Source: Chiloscyllium plagiosum (lineage: Eukaryota). Taken from it: a stretch of 64,000 bases of DNA. A model generated the notes under the pieces. That model did not search any database, was not told the DNA's origin, and was given only the letters and a program-made list of their open reading frames with translations. The translations under genes were made by a program, and so were the position numbers. The stretch spans positions 25,907,257-25,971,256 of the forward strand of contig NC_057720.1 of NCBI RefSeq assembly GCF_004010195.1, written 5' to 3'. Below, piece after piece: positions 37,910-50,811 of the stretch (the first letter of the stretch is position 1; every line of letters starts with the position of its first letter).

Positions 37910-38779
37910 ACAAAAATCATAATTTCAATCATAGTAATGTGTATTTACTCTTCAGTATAGCCTGAGGTCTTGAAATGTATTTCAGATGTAAGTTTACTTT
38001 GCGATTAAGTAATATGCAATAAACCTATTCTGTTATCAAGACTGAGCCTATCTTTTGCTGAAGACTTCATGTTGTAACTTGGACAACTATGAATATGGAA
38101 GCATTTGTGTCAGTGAAACTACCCAAGGCATTCCAGATGGTTCTGTTGAACGCAACCACACTGTCAGCACTAATATCTGAAAATATAGAAAAAATCCCTA
38201 ATGTTGTGGTTCTGACTGAGCAGATGATAAATACACTACAGTCTCCATTCACCAAAATTGACTGGAGAAGGGTTAGATTATTGAAATATTTGACTCAGAG
38301 TCAGGAATACTGTCCCTGAGCTAAAGTCACAAACCTGCCAAGACATGATCCTTAGCTACATGGAATGCTTTTCTGTTTCCAATACCTGCAATGAAATTAG
38401 TAAGCAATTTTTAATGACACATTAACGTTCATAAATCATGGAATGGTTTTTGCAGTGAGATTTCCAAGCATGTGCAAGCATTTTGAATTTAGGAAATAAA
38501 ACCATGCATTATAGCACATTTGAAAATAATATTTGACCCCATGAAAATCTGGCAGCTTTGATCTTTGGAGATATTTTAAAATTTTCACTTTTAAAAGGTC
38601 ATAGCCGATCAATGTGCTCTGTCCAGAACGTAACAGACAACAGTGCGGTACTTTCTCAATCTATCAGAAAGCTGTTATACTCTCTCTTAACATGCACGAA
38701 ACACTGCTTACTTTTTCCAGAATGTAGAGGTTCTCATTTATGCCCAGAAAAGAAATGAACTCTTGTGAATAAGATTATT

Positions 38780-39845
38780 GTCTTTTACAGCATGGAAAGA
38801 GGCCGTTCATGTTCTCATTGGTCATCAAACACTTATCTACTCGAGTGCCATTTTCAGGTTTATGTGCTCTATTACTTCAAGTAATGATCAAAATACTTCT
38901 TAAATGTTGTGATTATACCATCCTTTCAGGACATGAGGCATGATACCCATCACACTTTGGGTGAGTAGATTATTTCTTAAATCCCCTCAGAGTCTCTTCC
39001 CCCCCTTGCCTTACGCCCCCAACTATTGATCACTGTACTGAGGGTAAAGGTTTCTTCTTATCTACAATGTCTGCACCCTTATAATTTTGTACATCTCACT
39101 CAGATCCCCCCTCAGTCTTCTCTGCCCTAATGAAAACAATCCAGCCTCTCTAGTCTCTCTTCATAGCTCTATCAGTCCAGCATCTCCTCTGCACCCGCCC
39201 TTTCGCAACAGCTTCCTTCCCATAGTGAGCGACTAAAACTGCACACAGTACTCCAGCTGTAGCCAAACTAAGTTCTTATACAGCTCCAATACAAGCTCCT
39301 TTTTCCTGTCATCAATGCTTTGACTTATAAAGGTAAGTATCCCACCAGCCTCCTTATGAATCTCATCCATCTGTCCAGTTGTCTTCAAATAATATATGGA
39401 CATGCACACCAAGGTTCCTCTGATCCTTTACACTTCCTGGAGTCATAACATTCAATCTGTATTCCCTTGCCTTGCTAATCCTCTCAAAGTGCATCACCTC
39501 ACACTTTTCAAGATTGAATTCCACTGTGCAAGCCATCTGACCAGCCCACCCATATTATTCTGTTTGAGGATTTTCCTCTTGTTATTTACAATTCTTTATG
39601 TCGTCTGTGAACATTCCAAGCGTGCTGTTTACATCCATGCTTAGATCATTAATGTGCACTACAATCAGCAATGGAACAGCTCTCAATCCCATAGTATGCC
39701 ACTGGACGTGAACTTTCAGTCACAAAACATCCTTTGACAATCACCCTCTGCTTCCTGCCACAAAGTCAGTTTTGGATCCAATTTGCCAAACTGATCCAAA
39801 ACCAATGTACCCCTACCTTTCCAACAAACCTCCCATGTGAGATCT
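38780..39845 (-). mobile_element. Old CR1 3' part
   Basis: ACAGCATGGAAAGAGGCC 3' UTR; AACTGCACACAGTACTCCAG encodes LEYCVQ on the minus strand. Confidence 0.75.
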
Positions 39846-39933
39846 CAACTGCAGCCAAAAGCAGAAAACTAGAATGTAGTTATCTTGAGAGATTCTGGGT
39901 AATCCAAGATGAAGGATGGGAAAAATGTTTGGC

Positions 39934-40230
39934 TGTAACAGCTGCTCCTTTTTTTCAGGTATTTAGGTGCTGGAGGGGATTTCCTCGAATTCCAGGAGCA
40001 GCAATTACTGTTTTATATGCTGTTGCATTGTTTTGGAACTTTGGAGAAAAAAAAAGTCAAAACAACAGCAGTTTTAAAAGGGAGAAGAACAGACAAAGGA
40101 AGCACATGGTGAGATCAGTGCAGGAGAGAGAGAAAGAAAGAAACCCACATTGCTAACTGACAGAGTTAGCATTTACTGCCTTTGCTGTTGAATTCATGTA
40201 TTGTTGGACATCGAAGTATGTCTGGGAAAA
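39934..40230. repeat. Possible LTR fragment
   Basis: Starts TGTAACA with LTR-like composition; no matching end or TSD seen. Confidence 0.3.
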
Positions 40231-40232
40231 TT

Positions 40233-40452
40233 ACGTGTATGGATTGAGCTGCCAGAGGATGTGGTGGAGGCTAGTACAATTACAGCATTTAAAAGGCATC
40301 TGGTTGGGTATATGAATAGGAAGGGTTTGGAGAGATTTGGTCCAGGTGCTGGCAGGTGGCACTAGATTGGTTGGGATATCTGGTCGGCATGGACGGGTTG
40401 GACCGAAGGGTCTGATTCTGCGCTGTACATCTCTATGACTCCATGACTCTAA
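40233..40452 (+). mobile_element. CR1 3' end
   Basis: Same tail as 12452 and 19066. Confidence 0.88.
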
Positions 40453-41019
40453 GTTGTTAGTAAATGATGCAATGATTCCAGGAACATAGATGTGACCCTC
40501 AAAATTTATGTTGCTCAACTCTTCTTTAGTGTTGAAGTGGAGACAGGAAGAGGGACATCAAAAGCAATTTCAGTCTAAATGGCTTCACTTTGAGGAAAAA
40601 TGATTCATCAAAGTTAACATATGCAGTCTTTTGTTTCACTGTGAACAAAGCTGGCTGAGAACAGCGATTTAGAGAGAACCATATGACCACCATGAGAGAG
40701 ACATTTTAAAACAGAAACTGGTTCTCAACAGGGAGGCAGAGGCAGGCATCCAAGAAAAATCAACTGAAGAGCTGCTTTTCTGAATCTGGCTACTGAGAGC
40801 CATAGAGTCACCTGCTGTGTCATAAATATAAAACAAAGCAGCTTTCACTCTCCTGCTCAGTCCATCTGTGGGAGCAACCTTTAATCACAGCTACTGAGCC
40901 TGACTTCAAGGTTCAACCCTTCACTTCAGAAGGACAATCTTCAAACAAGCCAGACAACGATATTAGAGACTTTCTTCATTTTCAGCTTCATATGTAACTT
41001 GCATCCTGCCCTGCTTTAA

Positions 41020-41280
41020 ATTAGAAACAGGAGTCACAATCTAAAGGTACAGGTTGGGCCATTTAGGACGGAGATGAAGAGAAAATTCTTCACCCAGTGG
41101 TAAACCTGTGGAATTCTCTGCCACAGAAAGCAGTTGAGGTCAAAACATTGAATTTTTTAAAGAAGATAAATTTGGTATATAAGGACCACGGGGTATGGAG
41201 CAAAAGCAGGAACAGGGCACTGAGTTGGATGATCAGCCATGGTTATATTAAATAGTGGAGCAAACTTGAAGGACCGAATA
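41020..41280 (+). mobile_element. CR1 3' fragment (family of 3662)
   Basis: GAAATTCTTCACCCAG..CTGTGGAATTCTCTGCCACAG..GATCAGCCATG. Confidence 0.75.
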
Positions 41281-41299
41281 AAACAAAGACAAAGCAGAT

Positions 41300-42012
41300 A
41301 GAGCCATTGAGTCACACGACATAGAAACAGACCCTTTGGTCCAACTTGTCTGTGCTGACCAGATATCCCAATCTGACCTAATCCCAATTGCCAGAATTTG
41401 GCCCATATCCCTCTAAACCTTTCCTATTCATATATTCATCCAGATGCGTTTTCAATATTGTAATTGCACCAGCTTCTACCACTTCCTCTGGCAGCTCATT
41501 CCATACACTTATCACTATCTGTGTGAAGCATATACCCCTCAGGTCATTTTAAAATCTTTCCTCTCTCACCTTAAACCTATGTCCTTCAGTTTTCGACTCC
41601 CTCATCCTAGAAAAAAGACGTTGGATATTAACCCGATCCATAATCCTCACGATTTTATAAACCTCTACAAGATCACCCCTCAGCCAACGATGCTTCAGGG
41701 AAAAATGCCCCAGCCTATTCAGCCTCTCCCTATAATTCAAACACTCCAGTCCTGGCAACATCCTTGTAAATCCTTCTGCTCCTTCTCAGGTTCAACAACA
41801 TCTTTCCTGTGGAAGGGAGACCAGAATTGTCTGCAATATTCCACAAGTGGCCTCACCAATGTCCTATACAGCCATAACATGACGACCCAACTCCTATGCT
41901 CAACGTTCTGCCCAATGAAGGCAAGCATGCCAAACGCTTTCTTCACCACCCTGTCTACTTGTGACTCCACTTTCAAGGCACTATGCACGTTCACCCCAAG
42001 GTCTCTTTGTTT
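41300..42012 (-). mobile_element. 5'-truncated CR1
   Basis: KKAFGMLAFIG..LVRPLVEYC, MLPGLE..LRGDLVEVYKI. Confidence 0.88.
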
Positions 42013-42119
42013 GGATCAGATACTGAAGATCTGAAACACACACAAACAGAAAATGGTGGAAAAATTCAGCAGGTTTAGCAGCACCTGTGGAGAGAAAATA
42101 TAGCTAATGTTTCAAGTCC

Positions 42120-42797
42120 TTGAAAGTGGAGGTGCGGTAGATAGGTTAGTGAAGAAGGTGTTTGGTATGCTTTCCTTTATTGGTCAGAACATTGAGTATA
42201 GGAATTGGGAGGTCATGTTGCGGCTATATAAGACATTGGTTAGGCCACTGTTGGAATATTGCAATTCTGGTTTCCTTCCTATCGGAAAGATGTTGGCAAA
42301 CTTGAAAAGGTTTAGAAAAGATTTACAAGGATGTTACCAGAGTTGGAGCATTTGAGCTATAGGGAGAGGTTGAATAAGCTAGGGCTGTTTTCCCTGGAGT
42401 GTCGGAGGCTGAGGGGTAACTTTATAGCGTTTTATAAAATCATGAGGGGCATGGATAGGATAAATAGACAAAGTCTTTTCCCTAGGGTGGGTGAGTCCAG
42501 AAGTAGAGGGCATAGGTTTAGGGTGAGAGGGGAAAGATATTAAAGAGACCTAAGGGGCAACTTTTTCATGCAGAGGGTGGTACATGTATGAAATGAGCTG
42601 ACAGAGGTAGTGGTGGAGGCTGGTACAATTGCAAGATTTAAAAGGCATCTGGATGGGTATATGAATTGGAAGGGTTTGGAGGGATATGGACCGGGTGCTG
42701 GCAGGTGGGACTAGATTGGGATGGGATATCTGGTCGTCATGGATGAGTTGGACCGAAGGGTCTGTTTCTGTGCTGTACATCTCTATGACTCTATGAG
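42120..42797 (+). mobile_element. 5'-truncated CR1 inserted in a PLE HHR
   Basis: ORF2 C-terminus and CTATGACT tail; AAGTCC at 42114-42119 and 42801-42806. Confidence 0.88.
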
Positions 42798-43201
42798 CCT
42801 AAGTCCAATGACCCTTCTTCAGAACCTTTTATGTTATTTGAAACTCAAAGCTCTATTGCTGGTTTCAATTGAAGCAATTGAAAATTAACAAGGGGCTGCA
42901 TACAAGTTTGTTAAAACTCTTAGCTCATGGACAACTCTGAGAGAGCCTTCCTGATTGCAGCCTTGCCAGTGGAGTGGCCCAGTTTTTCTGTCAACTGGGA
43001 ACACTCTTTTAACATTTGCATAATGATTGAAATAGTAAGTTGATTCATGAACCTGTAGGCTGGCTAGAGAAAAAGAGGAAGAAATATATCTGTCTTCTAT
43101 ACTCAGTACTCACTTACATCCCCTACATAACCACTAAACTCTGTCCTTGCAACAACGGCCTTTACTTTTATGCATTCCTACATGGGCTGTGTTTGTCACT
43201 G

Positions 43202-43395
43202 AGGAGAAAGTGAGGACTGCAGATGCTGGAGATCAGAGCTGAAAATGTTTTGCTGGAAAAGTGCAGCGGGTCAGGCAGCATCCAGGGAACAGGAGAATCG
43301 ACGTTTCCTGAAGAAGGGCTTATGCCCGAAACGTCGATTCTCCTGTTCCCTGTATGCTGCCTGACCTGCTGCGCTTTTCCAGCAACACATTTTCA
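43202..43395. mobile_element. Inverted PLE pLTR hairpin insertion with 16-bp TSD
   Basis: About 70-bp inverted arms around the HHR; GCTGTGTTTGTCACTG at 43186-43201 and 43396-43411. Confidence 0.9.
43308..43335 (+). ncRNA. Minimal hammerhead ribozyme core
   Basis: CTGAAGAAGGGCTTATGCCCGAAACGTC. Confidence 0.72.
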
Positions 43396-46339
43396 GCTGT
43401 GTTTGTCACTGGCAATGTAATGTTTATTGGTCACCCCAACTGCTTTTGTGTTGCCAAGCTGCCTTCTTGCACTACTGCAGCTCTTGTGAGGATGGATTTC
43501 CAGAAATGTAACCCAGTAAACCTTGCTTTTCCAAGATCACGTTATATCCCTTCTCACAGACGAGGCTATGCCAGGGTGTGTGGAAGGACACTCCAAAATC
43601 AGCAGGAATATTTCTCTGGGCCCCACAAAGAAAACCATGACCTCCCCCTTGATTCTGAAAGACTGTTGTAGTTGCCCATGGCAGGATATGAGAAAATAAG
43701 CTTTACAATTTTTATATGAAATAGAAAGGGAAAGCTTGAAATACCTGGGATGATACTTTTTAAAATAATTATGAACATATATTAGAGTAGATACATATAG
43801 ATGTTTAAATTTACTAGGTATTGGGGAATTAAATTTTGAAGCCTTGGATGCACAGACTAGTTGATAAACACCCTCGAAGAAACATTTTTTTCCATCAGCA
43901 AGAAGACTACAATAATAAAAAGGCATAACAAGATAGCCTCATAAGAGTACCAAGAGACAAATATCATAGCGGAGAGTGGGGGGAGAAACAATTTTGAAAC
44001 AGGGTCGCTATGACCTCGTGAGAATCAATAATTGTCATTTCGCCAGTTGGATAACTGAAATTGTTAGCTTAGTCACTGAATCATAGTATGAGGTTGAATT
44101 TTACAAGTAACATTATAGCAGAGCAGATATTTCAAATATTATAATAATTGGTAGAGATGAAAATCCTTCTAAGTCTTCTGTCTAAGATCAACAATTGCAA
44201 GGCCAAATTTGAAAAATCATTAATAATAAGCATGTATAGGAAGCAGATGTCTATGACATAACAATTTGAATTGGAGTACGGTTAATAATCCTAGGATCCC
44301 AAGGACAGGTGATAGGTGTCTGACAAACATCGCAAGATGGTGGGATGACCAAAGGTGGACCATGAAGTTGTCCATCATTGATTATATATTCACAGGAATG
44401 GATGCATGGGTCAGAGGGGATGTGACTAGTGCTGATGTCAATATTGCATGTAACCATTGTAACGTGGTATGTGTAAATATCCTATACATTATTGGGAAAG
44501 GTTGAGTGTCACTGACCTCCAATCTGAGCTGTGATTAAGAGGGCAACTGGACCACATGTGAAAGCCAGATTCAGTGTGGTCTCTGGTCTCTCCCACATGT
44601 GTGGTAAAGGAGCCCCGAATTAAGATTGATTTGTGCTACTGAACACAGGACTCAGACTCCTCTTTAAAGTAAATCTCCAACACTTCCAAAATCCTATCAT
44701 GATAAAAGAAACCTAGTATTGGTGCTAAATGGGGGACTCTAGTTGTCTAAAATTCTTTCCCCGTCCTTTAACAAGCTGCTGTTCCTGCCATTTCAGGTGG
44801 GCAGCAGACCAGCAGTATATAGATGAAGCCTGGGATATTAAAATCCGGGATCTGAATCATTGCATTTCACTCACACCCTATTGTGTCTCATGCTCGAGAG
44901 ACAATATGGAATTGTCAAATAATATTGTAATTCTATGGAATAAATGATTTGGGCATTTCAACTTGCATCAGTGGTGGAACTTTGATTTAATTTTTATCTT
45001 ACTTTTACATTTTTTATTCTAAATTATATCATTTAAAATTCACTGACAAGATGCTCAACAGGATAAGGTTCTGTTGGACTACGTAAATTTGAAATAAATG
45101 TAAAGGATCTCCATGTTACATTGATTTTAAACTGTCCCTTACACCAATCAATTGTTCATCAAATAAAACAGTTTACTCAGGATAAAAATAAGACTTATAC
45201 TTTGAAATTCTTATTGAAATGTTTGCAATATTCTAATTTAGCAGATGGTAAATGAGATTCAAAATGACACAGGAAACGGGGAAAACAGCAAAAGGCGATA
45301 TTGATAATGCAAGACGAAGAAAGTGTTACTGGCTGATAGAAGGGATGTGTCATTGCTATTTTTACAGCACGACTAGGATATACAAAATAGTGACATAAAC
45401 ATATGATTATCCACATTGCAACAACTGTGCAGCATATTCAGCTACAGGGTCTGGGATAAGTGTTGTGCCTGACAGTTCATTCGTCTTTGGAATGCTATGC
45501 TCTCTGTTTCATAAATGTAAGATATTAAAGAGGCATTATGGATCAATTTTAATTGCCCTTGGTAATGCTACAGCACAGCGTATTGATGTTCCAAGAAATG
45601 AAGTGCAGCATATCATGCTGTGAGCCTAAAACGAAAACTGCCTGTCGGTGAATAAGTTACATATTCAATACTTATATCAACTAAGTCTGGGTGCATGAAT
45701 GGGGAACACTTCTGGCAGGCAGACTCGTCACAATCTTTGAAGGGCTTCATTCTGTTTCGGTCCTCACCTGCCCTTAACTGTGACTCTCCACATTTATTCA
45801 TTAATGTGCAAGGGTGACCACACTTAGTAATCTGCTTCACTGGGCAGCCAAACCAGATTAGGTTTGCCGTAGATTCAGCAGACTGGGGTTTAATAGTCTT
45901 GATGGGAGGGAGGTGAGTATCAGTTGCAGAATGAGCTGAGGTCAAAAGGGTACAGAAGAAGTCCTGGTGACCCAATGCATCCAAATCTATTTCCAAATGT
46001 CTAAGTTCATAATGCCTCTGGACCCAGATCTGTTCAGAGGGAGAAAGTGTGAGACTGACAGTATACAAATTCTCCCTCATGATAATCCAATTCATGCACC
46101 AGTACTGCTCATCACCTACCTATCATGAATCATCCACCATCTATCTGTCACAACTCCTGGGGACAAGAAACGTAGCAGTGGGTCACCGTTGATAGATGAC
46201 ATGTGTGCACTGTCACATGAACAATAACTCAACTCACAATCAAGCTCAAAGCTGAGAGTAAACTCATAGGGGCAGTAGTTGGCCAAATTGGATTACCCTT
46301 GCATTTTGTGCACAGGACATACCTGGGCAATTTTCTTAA

Positions 46340-46745
46340 TTTTTGAACAAATGTTGTTATGGAGGAAGATTGGAGAAGTTGGGACCGTTTCCTTTAGAGA
46401 AGTGAAAGCTAGGAAGAAATATGTTCAGTGTTTTCAAAATAATCGGCAATTGGTCACAATAGATGGGGAGAAACAGTTTCTGTCCAAAAGAAGGTCAGGA
46501 ACCAAGGGGTAAAGTTTTAATGTGTTTTGCAAAAGAAGCAAATGTGACATGATTAAACCTTTTCACACATCGAGGAGTTATGGATTAGAAGGCACCGCCT
46601 GGTGAAGGCAGATTCAATTGAAGCATTCAAGAGGGCATTGAATGATTATTTGGATAAAAATAACCTGGAGGTTAATAATAGATAATGATATTTGTTTGAA
46701 GATGCAGACATGATGGTCCAAATGGCCTCATTGTATGCTGTGAGA
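46340..46745 (+). mobile_element. Old CR1 3' fragment
   Basis: TTTCACACATCGAGGAGTTATG..TCAATTGAAGCATTCAAGAGGGCATTG..GGTCCAAATGGCCT. Confidence 0.6.
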
Positions 46746-47086
46746 TTTTGAATGATGATCTATTTATTGTCACTTGCATTTTACAGTGAACAATACATTA
46801 AAATACAGGGAAAAGCTTCAACAGTAACCACAATCTTTCAACTCTCTTCAATCAAAAATAAAAAGGATAAAAGATATAACTGAAAAGCCCTGAGCTGGCT
46901 TACCAATGATATCTGTGCTGCCAGCCTTCCTCTACTGCCTCGCCACTGCCTGCACCATATCCACTAATATAGGAGTTATCACTCTATAGCTGTCAGCTCT
47001 TTGCTGCTGGGCCCATCTCACCACCGCCTGCTGCCAATACTGTTGCCAGATCCCATGCTGAACCAACACTCACCCCAGAAATGAAG

Positions 47087-48232
47087 TAGGTAAAAATAAT
47101 GACTGCAGATGCTGGAAACCAAGTCTAGATTAGAGTGGTGCTGGAAAAGCACAGCAGTTCAGGCAGCATCAGAGGAGCAGGAAAATCGATGTTTCGGGCA
47201 AAAGCCCTTCATCAGGAATACAGGCAGAGAGCCTGAAGGGTGGAGAGATAAGCGAGAGTAGGGTGGGGAAGGGAGAAAGTAGCATAGAGTTCAATAGGTG
47301 AGTGGGGGAGGGGATGAAGGTGATAGGTCAGGGAGAGGGTGGAGTGGATAGGTGGAAAAGAAGATAGGCAGGTAGGATAAGTCATGGGGATAGTGCTGAG
47401 CTGGAAGTTTGGAACTGGGGTGAGGTGGGGGAAGGGGAAATGAGGAAACTGTTGAAGTCCACATTGATGTCCTGGGGTTGAAGTGTTCNNNNNNNNNNNN
47501 NNNNNNNNNNNNNNNNNNNNNNNNNNNNNNNNNNNNNNNNNNNNNNNNNNNNNNNNNNNNNNNNNNNNNNNNNNNNNNNNNNNNNNNNNNNNNNNNNNNN
47601 NNNNNNNNNNNNNNNNNNNNNNNNNNNNNNNNNNNNNNNNNNNNNNNNNNNNNNNNNNNNNNNNNNNNNNNNNNNNNNNNNNNNNNNNNNNNNNNNNNNN
47701 GGGAACGGTCTTTGCGGGAGGCGGAGAGGGGTGGGGAGGGAAATATATCCCTGGTGGTGGGGTCTGTTTGGAGGTGGCGGAAATGTCGGCGGATGATTTG
47801 GTTTATGCGGAGGTTGGTAGGGTGGAAGGTGAGCACTAGGGGCGTTCTGTCCTTGTTGCGGTTGGGGGGGTTGGGTCTGAGGGCGGAGGTGCGGGATGTG
47901 GATGAGATGCGTTGGAGGGCATCTTTAACCACGTGGGAAGGGAAATTGCGGTCTCTAAAGAAGGAGGCCATCTGGTGTGTTCTGTGGTGGAAGTTGTCCT
48001 CCTGGGAGCAGATACGGCAGAGGCGGAGGAATTGGGAATACGGGATGGCATTTTTGCAGGAGGTAGGGTGGGAAGAAGTGTAATCCAGGTAGCTGTGGGA
48101 GTCGATGGGTTTGTAAAACATGTCGTTGTCAAGTCAGCCTTCATTAATGGAGATGGAGAGGTCCAGGAAGGGGAGGGAGGTGTCAGAGATGGTCCAGGTA
48201 AATTTAAGGTCAGGGTGGAATGTGTTGGTGAA
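47087..48232 (-). mobile_element. 5'-truncated Penelope-like element (RT C-terminus to pLTR with tail); contains 212-N gap 47489-47700
   Basis: FYKPIDSHSYLDY..KNAIPYSQFLRL..RTPLVLTFHP; decayed HHR at 47188-47215. Confidence 0.92.
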
Positions 48233-49283
48233 TTCACAGCAGCAGTGTGTAAGCCACTATCATAACCAATCCTGACTAAGTGAAGGAGAAATGCGATGCT
48301 GATATGCATTCCTTGATTTGTATTGTGTCAAATTCAGAGAAGCGAATTTTCATGGGTAATTTCATGGCATGATTTTGTGGAGGTCATCAGGCATGAGGGG
48401 GTGTCTCAGGAAAAAAATCAAGGTCAGCTATTGTAAAAGCTATGGTTGCATTCTGTTAAAGGTGTGTGCTGACCATGAGTTCTTCATTACTGACACTGTT
48501 TATTGCCTCTCCAGTTGTAACTAGATATCTTGAAGGTACATGTCATGCCATGCATTGGTATATAGAGTCATAGAGATGTACAGCATGGAAACAGACCCTT
48601 CAGACCAACCCGTCCATGCCGACCAGATATCCCAATCTAGTCCCACCTGCTAGCACCCGGCCCATATCCCTCCAAACCCTTCCTATTCATATACCCATCC
48701 AAATGCCTCTTAAATGTTGCAATTGTACCAGCCTCCGCCACTTCCTCTGGCAGCTTATTCCATGCATGTACCACCTTCTGTGTGAAAAAGTTGCCCCATA
48801 GGTCTCTTTTATATCTTTCCCCTCTCACCCTAAACCTATGCCCTCTATTTACCCTATCGATGCCCCTCATAATTTTGTAAACCTCTATAAGGTCACCCCT
48901 CAGCCTCCAACATCCCAGGGAAAACAGTCCCAGCCTATTCTGCCTCTCCCTGTAACTCAAATCCTCCAACCCTGGCAACATCCTTGTAAATCTTTTCTGA
49001 ATCCTTTCAAGTTTCACAACAACTGTCCGATAGGAAGGAGACCAGAAGTGCACGCAATATTCCAACAGTGGTCTAACCAATGTCCTGTACAGCCGCAACA
49101 TGACCTCCCAACTCCTGTACTCAATACTCTGACCAATAAAGGAAAGCATACCAAACGCCTTCTTCACTATCCTATCTACCTGCGACTCCAGTTTCAAGGA
49201 GCTATGAACCTACATTTCAAGGTCACTTTATTCAACAACATTCCCAAGGACCTCACCATTAAGTGTATAAGTCCTGGGGATCT

Positions 49284-49291
49284 AAGATGGC
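49284..49291 (+). promoter_or_regulatory. YY1-like motif at the L1 5' end
   Basis: AAGATGGC at +8 from the element start. Confidence 0.45.
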
Positions 49292-49458
49292 AGCGATCCG
49301 AGAAGATCACACTGCAGAGCTTTGCATCGCAGCAGGACCAGGACGTTCCTTTAACCCACCCAACCCAGGTCATCAGGATTTCTTGGGGCGTTGGAAAGAT
49401 TGTGGAGCCCCAAGCCCCATTTAAAAATTGACTTACCTGTATTTTCAGCTGTCCAGAA

Positions 49459-50274
49459 ATGCCTAAAAAGGGAGGAGGAGCATCTGAGGCTGGGCCTGCA
49501 GCTCAACCTGCAGCAGCCTCGGAGCCGATTACTCTCCAGGACCTGGTGAACCAGCTCTCGAAATCTCGCAAGTTGCTGGGGAAACAGATTGAAGAGAAGC
49601 TGGCTCCAGTCTCTCTCATGCTGCAGAAGCATGAGCAGCAGCTGGGAGACCTGGAGAAGAGGACGGATGTGGTGGAGCACAGGATCACAGTCATGGAAGC
49701 TGATGCCAGTTCATTGAAGGAAGAGATCCAAGTCCTGAAGACGCAGTTTCATAATTTGCGTGACCAAGTGGATGATCTTGAAAACAGGGGCAGGAGAAAA
49801 AACATTCAGATCATCGGTCTGCCTGAGGGTAAGGAAGGTGAGCGGCCTGTGGAATTTGTTGAAGATTGGCTTCTGAAATTCCTTGACTTGGAGACTGGCA
49901 TGAGAGGATTGAAGATAGAGAGGGCTCACCGGGTCGCAGCATGGAGGTCGGGTCTGGGTCAACGCCCTCGTCCTTTCCTGGTGCGGTTCCATCATTACTG
50001 GGATAAGGAGAGAGTCATGGAGGCTTCCAGACTCCAGGGGAAGGATCCAAAGACCCTAATTTATGAGGGGTCTAAGATCATGTTTTTTCAGGACTTTTCA
50101 GCGGCGGTGATCCAGAAACGAAAATCGTATGATGGTGTCAAGAGAAGATTGAAGGAGCTTGGGATTCAGTACTCCCTGAGATATCCGGCAGTGCTTCGGA
50201 TCACCTTAGATGGATCCATGCATCTCTTTGACACATTGGAGAAGACAAGAGACTTTGTGGACAAACTAACCTAA
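49459..50274 (+). CDS. L1 ORF1p (coiled coil, RRM, CTD), uninterrupted 271 aa
   Basis: Heptad region, DDLENRGRRKNIQIIGLPEG, IERAHR, RPRPFLVRF, FFQDFS and LRYPAVLRI. Confidence 0.88.
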   Translation: MPKKGGGASEAGPAAQPAAASEPITLQDLVNQLSKSRKLLGKQIEEKLAPVSLMLQKHEQQLGDLEKRTDVVEHRITVMEADASSLKEEIQVLKTQFHNLRDQVDDLENRGRRKNIQIIGLPEGKEGERPVEFVEDWLLKFLDLETGMRGLKIERAHRVAAWRSGLGQRPRPFLVRFHHYWDKERVMEASRLQGKDPKTLIYEGSKIMFFQDFSAAVIQKRKSYDGVKRRLKELGIQYSLRYPAVLRITLDGSMHLFDTLEKTRDFVDKLT

Positions 50275-50811
50275 GTTAAACAATTGTAGTATGTATAAAT
50301 ATCGTTGCTTGGGTATGCGTTTGTCATTCTGTAAAAGAAATGGAGGAAATCCGGTTGGAGATTTGTTTTTCCCCTTTTTTTCCTCTATTGATAATAATTT
50401 GGTTCAAACTATGTTTGGTGGTCGTTAAGATGTACATTTTAAATTTCTAAGTTAGGATTGATATTCTACAGGGTGTTTATTCTTTTTAGCTTGTGCTTGC
50501 GATCCGGCTCTAGCTGGGAGAAGTGAAGGTGGTTGAGATGGTTAGATGCCTATTTATGGGCAGTTCGGGATGGGTAGTTGCCCCCTCTGGGCAGGGGGTG
50601 AGTTCCCCTACTCAGCACTATTGGTGCTTTCTATGTTGGTTTGTTTTCTGGTTTTTGTTGTTTTTTATTTTTAATAATTTTGTATGTTTGTTAAAAGTAG
50701 TGGTTTTAGTTTATGTAGATTTTATATTTGGTGGATCATGCGACACTAAGGCTCAGCAATTTGTGGTTCGGGTTCCTCCTCTCTGGAATTTAAATGTAAT
50801 TGCAGAAGATT

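Noticed and set aside
38060..38320. Overlapping short ORFs with a good minus-strand acceptor at about 38178
   Set aside because: No recognisable protein, no convincing donor, and all frames stop quickly
41444..42034. 196-aa and similar Pro/Gln-rich ORFs (also 48838-49431)
   Set aside because: Antisense shadows of CR1 ORF2
44150..44681. Possible ERV-like solo LTR ending AAATCTCCAACA
   Set aside because: No clear TG start or TSD found
45613..46095. 160-aa minus-strand ORF in unique-looking DNA
   Set aside because: No recognisable domain or splice context; compatible with chance
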